Below are positions 59,764 through 64,000 of a stretch of 64,000 nucleotides of DNA, one piece after another. Origin of the DNA: an uncultured Gammaproteobacteria bacterium (GTDB lineage: Bacteria; Pseudomonadota; Gammaproteobacteria; Steroidobacterales; Steroidobacteraceae); NCBI GenBank assembly GCA_963754125.1, contig CAVWEX010000001.1, positions 820,753 through 884,752 on the forward strand, given 5' to 3'. The notes beneath the pieces were generated by a model, which ran no database searches, was not told where the DNA came from, and was given only the letters and a program-made list of their open reading frames with translations. How positions within the stretch are numbered: position 1 is the stretch's first letter; each line of letters opens with the position of its first letter. The position numbers were made by a program, and so were the translations under genes.

Positions 59764-61623
59764 ATGCTGCACGCACCCCTCTGCGGCCGGCAAGTTCGGG
59801 CCCGGCTGGCCGCCGCGCTGCTCGTCGCCGGGCTCCTCGCGTTCCTGCCCGGCGACGCCGTCGCATCGCGCCCGGACGATCTGGCAGCCGCCGATACCTT
59901 TTCGCGCAGCGGACAGCACGCGGAGGCGGCGGCGCTGTACGAATCGCTTGCCAAGCGCACCTTTCGCGGCTGGGACGCGCGACTCGCGCTGCTGGCGGCG
60001 CGCGAGTACCTCGGGGCGGATCGACTCGAGGATGCCGAGCGCATGCTCGGCCGGGTCGGCCCAGTCCGCGGCGACGAAGCGGTGCTGCTCGCGCGCGTGC
60101 AAGCGGAGCTCGCGCTGGCGCAGGACCGTCCCGAGGCCGCCCTCGAGGCCCTCGATCGACTCCCGGAGCCCTGGCCGGCGCCGCTCGCCGCCGAGCTGCT
60201 CCAGCTGCGCGCGCAGGCGCAATTCGCCGCTGGACGACTGCTCGACGGCCTGCGCACCACCGAGGTCCGGGTCCAGCTGCTCGGCACGGCCGACGAGCGA
60301 CGGGCCGCGCAGGCGCAACTGGTCGATGCACTGCTCGCGAACCCGGGCGCGACGCTACCCGCCGAAGCGACGCCGTCCGAGCGGGCCTGGTTCGAACTCG
60401 GTCCGGTGCTCGGGGCTTCGGACTCGGATCCCGACGCTCTGGCGCGGCGGGCAGCGGACTGGCGGGAACGGCACCCGAATCACCCCGGCGGGGAGTTCCT
60501 GCCGGCGGCCCTGGCCGCGGGCGCAGCGGCCGCAATCCCCGCCGGACCCGCAGACTCGATCGCATTGCTGCTGCCGCTTTCCGGGCGCATGCAGGCGGCC
60601 GGTCGCGCGGTGCGCGACGGCTTCCTGGCGGCGGCCCTCGCCGAGCCGGCCGATCGCAGGCCGAAGATCGAACTCATGGACACGGCCGAACTCGGCGCCG
60701 CCGCCGCCTATGCGCGGGCGCTGGAGATCGGCGCTCGCGCGGTCGCCGGACCGCTGATCAAGGAAGACGTGGCGGCGCTCATCGCAGCGCAGTCGTTGCC
60801 CGTTCCGACGCTGGCGCTCAACTCGCTGCCCCTGGACTCGCCGCCGCTCTTCCTCTTCCAGTTCGCGCTCGACCCGGAGCACGAGGCGCGCGCGGTGGCC
60901 CGGCGCATCGGCCGGGACGGACGCGTCCATGGGATCGCGCTCTTCCCGCGCAATGCGTGGGGCGAGCGCGTTCATGCGGCGTTCACCGACGAAGCTCGCG
61001 CGGCCGGCCTCGAACTGACCTCAATCCAGTTCTACGACCCCGCGGCGAAGGATTTCTCCGGCCCACTGCGCGCAGCACTTGGCCGGTTCGGCGGCGCCGG
61101 CGACCGGGACGCCAAGGGTGCGCCGGTGCGGCGCGATGCCGCGGCCGAGGCGCTTGCCGGGCCGCAGTTCGCGTTCCTGGCCGCTTCCGCCGCGTCGACC
61201 CGGGCCTTGCTGCCACAGCTGCGGTTCCAGATGGCGTACGAGCTGCCGGCGTATGCGACGTCGGACGCGCTCGAGCCGAGTGCGCGCGCGGTTCCCGACC
61301 TCAACGGGCTCACCTTCCCCGAAATGCCCTGGATCCTGTACGCAGGGGCCGGCGCACAGGAGTTCTGGGATGTCCTGCAGGCGGGTCGGTCCGCGGCGGT
61401 GCGCGGCCGCCTGCGCCTCTACGCCTTCGGCTTCGATGCCTATGGGCTGCTGCGCAACCTGAACTCGGCCGCCCGCGGTATCGGAGTGACCGGGCTCAGC
61501 GGTCGGCTGGCGATCGCACCGGACGGGCGCGTGCAGCGCGAGCTGGAGTGGGCGCAGATCGAGCGTGGCCAGCCGCAGCCGGCCGGGACCATCCTGATCC
61601 CGGCCCTGCCCGGTGAACCCTGA
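59764..61623 (+). CDS. lpoA: Penicillin-binding protein activator LpoA
   Basis: The ORF is an intact 619 aa. It has a signal peptide, a TPR-like N-domain and a periplasmic-binding-protein-like C-domain (IALLLPLSG...). It is divergent from rsmI and followed by yraN. Confidence 0.85.
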   Translation: MLHAPLCGRQVRARLAAALLVAGLLAFLPGDAVASRPDDLAAADTFSRSGQHAEAAALYESLAKRTFRGWDARLALLAAREYLGADRLEDAERMLGRVGPVRGDEAVLLARVQAELALAQDRPEAALEALDRLPEPWPAPLAAELLQLRAQAQFAAGRLLDGLRTTEVRVQLLGTADERRAAQAQLVDALLANPGATLPAEATPSERAWFELGPVLGASDSDPDALARRAADWRERHPNHPGGEFLPAALAAGAAAAIPAGPADSIALLLPLSGRMQAAGRAVRDGFLAAALAEPADRRPKIELMDTAELGAAAAYARALEIGARAVAGPLIKEDVAALIAAQSLPVPTLALNSLPLDSPPLFLFQFALDPEHEARAVARRIGRDGRVHGIALFPRNAWGERVHAAFTDEARAAGLELTSIQFYDPAAKDFSGPLRAALGRFGGAGDRDAKGAPVRRDAAAEALAGPQFAFLAASAASTRALLPQLRFQMAYELPAYATSDALEPSARAVPDLNGLTFPEMPWILYAGAGAQEFWDVLQAGRSAAVRGRLRLYAFGFDAYGLLRNLNSAARGIGVTGLSGRLAIAPDGRVQRELEWAQIERGQPQPAGTILIPALPGEP

Positions 61624-61987
61624 GAGCACGACGCAGGCCGGCCGGCGTGGCGAGGATCTCGCCTGCCGGCATCTCGAGTCGCAGGGCCTCGAACTGCTCG
61701 AGCGCAATTACCGCTGCCGCGCCGGCGAGATCGACCTCGTGATGCGCGAGGGCCGCGTCCTCGTGCTGGTCGAGGTGCGCTCGCGTACCAGCGCGGCACA
61801 CGGCAGCGCCGCGGCAACCGTCGGCGCCCGCAAGCAGCGCCGGTTCATCCTGGCGGCGCGTCACCTGATGCTCGCCCGGCGCCAGTACCGCGCCCTCGCC
61901 GCGCGCTTCGACGTCGTGGCGATCGACCCGGCCCCCGATGGCGGACCCGCGCAACTGACCTGGATCCGGGACGCCTTCCGTGCCTGA
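61613..61987 (+). CDS. yraN: YraN-family (UPF0102) endonuclease-like protein
   Basis: GTG 61613 overlaps the lpoA end. The sequence runs GRRGEDLACRHLESQGLELLERNYRCRAGEIDLVMRE...LVLVEVRSR. Confidence 0.85.
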   Translation: MNPESTTQAGRRGEDLACRHLESQGLELLERNYRCRAGEIDLVMREGRVLVLVEVRSRTSAAHGSAAATVGARKQRRFILAARHLMLARRQYRALAARFDVVAIDPAPDGGPAQLTWIRDAFRA

Positions 61988-62008
61988 GGCCGCAACCGGG
62001 ACGGAGCC

Positions 62009-62410
62009 CTACTTGACCACCTTGAGCCGCGGTCGCGCCGCCGCACGCCGTGTCTCCGGGCTCGCCGGCGGCTGCGGGGGCTCGGCGCCGGGCGGCGGAG
62101 CGTCCTCCTCGGTGAAGATCATCCCCTGCCCCGTCTCGCGAGCGTAGATCGCGAGGACCGCTTCCACCGGCACGCGCACGTTCATGGCCGCGCCGCCGAA
62201 GCGGCCACTGAAGCTCACCTCGTCGTTGCCCAGCGTCAGCTGGGCAGTCGCGGACCAGCTCAGGTTGAGGACGATCTTGCCGTCCTGTACGAACTGGCGC
62301 GGCACGTCGACACCCTTCACGCCGGCGTCCACCACCACGTGCGGCGTGCAGCCGCTGTCGCTGATCCACTCGTGCATCGCCCGCAGCAGGTAGGGCCGCC
62401 GCGACTTCAC
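62009..62410 (-). CDS. sspB: ClpXP adaptor / stringent starvation protein B
   Basis: GTG 62410 overlaps the sspA stop (GTGA). The sequence is RRPYLLRAMHEWISDSGCTPHVVVDAGVKGVDVPRQFVQDGKIVLNLS, with a C-terminal RLKVVK ClpX-binding-like tail. Confidence 0.9.
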   Translation of the reverse strand: MKSRRPYLLRAMHEWISDSGCTPHVVVDAGVKGVDVPRQFVQDGKIVLNLSWSATAQLTLGNDEVSFSGRFGGAAMNVRVPVEAVLAIYARETGQGMIFTEEDAPPPGAEPPQPPASPETRRAAARPRLKVVK

Positions 62411-63006
62411 CGGCGCATCTCCCGCTCCGCTTCGGACAGGCTGGCGCGAACCGCCGGGTGGGCCAGCAGCCGCTGGGCATAGCGCTCGACCGTGGGCGCA
62501 GTCGCCGGGATCGCGATCCGCCACCGCGGCAGGCGCCACAGGATCGGGGCGACCGCGGCGTCGAGCAGCGAGAACTGGTCGGCGAGGAACCATGGCTTGC
62601 GTCGCAGCAGCGGCTCGGTCGCCACCACGGTCTCCAGCAGCAGGCGCCGCGCACGCTGCTCCTCGCGGCGCTCCCCGCCCTCGAGCGCCGGCACGAGCGC
62701 GTACCAGTCCTGCTCGATGCGCTGCGCCACGATGCGCGCCTGGGCACGTCCGGCGGGCTCGCCCGGAAACAGCGCCGGCGCGGGGAATCGCTCCTCGAGG
62801 TACTCGCAGATGATGCCCGGCCCGTAGGCGACGAGGTCGCGGTCCACGAGCGTCGGCAGCGACTGGTAGGGGTTCAGGTCGACGAGGTCCTCGGGCGGGC
62901 GCGCAGGATCGCTTTCGACCACGCGCACCTCGAGTCCCTTGGCTGCGAGCGCGATTCGCACGCGGTGGCAGTGCGGATCGTCGCCCCGTGAAAACAGCGT
63001 CATCAC
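62407..63006 (-). CDS. sspA: Stringent starvation protein A (GST-like)
   Basis: The ORF is an intact 199 aa: MTLFSRGDDPHCHRVRIALAAKGLEVRVVE...LNPYQSLPTLVDRDL. Confidence 0.9.
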   Translation of the reverse strand: MMTLFSRGDDPHCHRVRIALAAKGLEVRVVESDPARPPEDLVDLNPYQSLPTLVDRDLVAYGPGIICEYLEERFPAPALFPGEPAGRAQARIVAQRIEQDWYALVPALEGGERREEQRARRLLLETVVATEPLLRRKPWFLADQFSLLDAAVAPILWRLPRWRIAIPATAPTVERYAQRLLAHPAVRASLSEAEREMRR

Positions 63007-63115
63007 GCCGTGGGCACTCCCGAGCGAGCGAAGGGCGGGACGGCAGGGCGGGCGTTGCCCGTGGCCGACGCCCGTTGCGACGGCGGATCCGCCCTGCCGG
63101 GCTGGCCGGCCGTCG

Positions 63116-63856
63116 TTACCTGACGTCCTTCCAGAACTCCTTCTTCAGCGCCCAGGCGAGCAGCGTGAAAAAGATCAGGAAGGCGATGACCGGGAATCCG
63201 AGTGCACGGCGCTTGAGCTGCGCGGGCTCCGCCATGTACTCGAGGAAGTTCACCGTGTCGCGCACGAATGCATCGTACTGCTCGGGCGTGAGCTTCCCGG
63301 GCGTCGCCAGGGCGAATTCCTTGAAGTGCCGCTGGGCGTTGCCGGCTGCGTCGACGTGGCCTTCCCACACGGCCTCCTGCACGCCCTGCAGCTCCCACAG
63401 CACGTGGGGCATGGCGGTGCCGGGCAGCACGAGATTGTTCGAGCCGGTGGCCCTGGCCGGGTCGGCATAGAACGAGCGCAGGAACGTATAGATGTAGTCG
63501 GCGCCACGGCTCCTCGCGATCAGCGAAAGGTCGGGCGGCACGACCCCGAACCAGCGCTTCGCGTCATCCGCGTTGATGGCGATGCGCATAGTGTCGTGGG
63601 GACGCTCGCCGGTGAACATCAGGTTGTCGATCAGCTGCTGGTCGGTGATGCCGAGATCGGCCGCCACGCGGTTATAGCGGACGTACTGGGCCGAATGGCA
63701 GCCGAGGCAGTAGTTGACGAAGTTCGCCGCGCCGCGCTGCAGCGACGCGCGGTTGCCCACATCGACGTTGGCCTTGTCGAGGTGCGCACCGCCGCCGGCC
63801 GCAAGCGAGGCGACGGGGAGCAGCGCAGCCGCAAGGGCGAGGAGCTTAGTGCGCAT
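63116..63856 (-). CDS. petC: Cytochrome c1 of the bc1 complex
   Basis: The ORF is an intact 246 aa with a signal peptide, the haem site CLGCHS, PPDLSLIARSRG and a C-terminal TM anchor. Confidence 0.9.
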   Translation of the reverse strand: MRTKLLALAAALLPVASLAAGGGAHLDKANVDVGNRASLQRGAANFVNYCLGCHSAQYVRYNRVAADLGITDQQLIDNLMFTGERPHDTMRIAINADDAKRWFGVVPPDLSLIARSRGADYIYTFLRSFYADPARATGSNNLVLPGTAMPHVLWELQGVQEAVWEGHVDAAGNAQRHFKEFALATPGKLTPEQYDAFVRDTVNFLEYMAEPAQLKRRALGFPVIAFLIFFTLLAWALKKEFWKDVR

Positions 63857-64000
63857 GGTAGGTGACCCTCGTGGGCACGGGCTTGGTCTTGTCGATGGTC
63901 GTGTACCACGGCATCAGCAGGAAGAACGCGAAGTAGACGACGGCGAACACCCGGGCGAGGTTCGTGAACAGCGGGGTCACCGGCTGCAGGCCGAGCCAGC
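63846..64000 (-). CDS. petB: Cytochrome b, C-terminal end (partial, runs off the window)
   Basis: Hand translation gives WLGLQPVTPLFTNLARVFAVVYFAFFLLMPWYTTIDKTKPVPTRVTYHAH, ending at TAA 63846-63848. It overlaps the petC start by 11 nt. Confidence 0.75.
   Translation of the reverse strand, partial: WLGLQPVTPLFTNLARVFAVVYFAFFLLMPWYTTIDKTKPVPTRVTYHAH

Overview
This is a high-GC gammaproteobacterial chromosome segment, and all calls come from hand reading of the sequence and the ORF track. The gene order looks Xanthomonadales/Lysobacterales-like, which I infer from synteny only.

Core content:
- sucCD lies next to pilS-pilR-pilA-pilBCD-coaE-zapD-yacG.
- tpm, mutT and secA are followed by an M23 peptidase and a DUF721 gene.
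- The dcw cluster is complete, running lpxC-ftsZ-ftsA-ftsQ-ddl-murC-murG-ftsW-murD-mraY-murF-murE-ftsI-ftsL-rsmH-mraZ. It has a recognisable Pmra promoter and MraZ boxes.
- rnpB (RNase P RNA), rsmI, lpoA-yraN, sspAB and petC/petB complete the core.

Accessory content:
1. A 14-kb divergent two-operon cluster spans 2545-16554. One arm is AcsA-like ligase, PDH-type E1alpha/E1beta/E2, a stand-alone ACP, a YbbA/YbbP-type ABC transporter and an AttH-like lipoprotein. The other arm is a flavin-reductase-like protein, an M20 peptidase, a DUF1611-like P-loop protein and a PGM1-like ATP-grasp ligase. I cannot match this cluster to a described pathway, so it is my best candidate for an undescribed system.
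2. Six type II toxin-antitoxin loci plus debris and a class II Fic gene sit exactly at junctions of conserved operons (pilS|pilR, pilD|coaE, sucC|pilS, tpm|mutT).
3. SucD carries a 65-residue histone-H1-like K/A/P-repeat tail.

Caveat on sequence quality: about 45 single-base frame breaks interrupt many genes, including essential ones (murD, murE, murF, lpxC, secA). Where I reconstructed them, they are an extra G or C next to an identical base, usually in a short run. I therefore treat them as probable sequence errors. Their density is very uneven, and pilA is the extreme case. Frame-break coordinates are approximate. No rRNA, tRNA, CRISPR array, transposase or integrase was seen.
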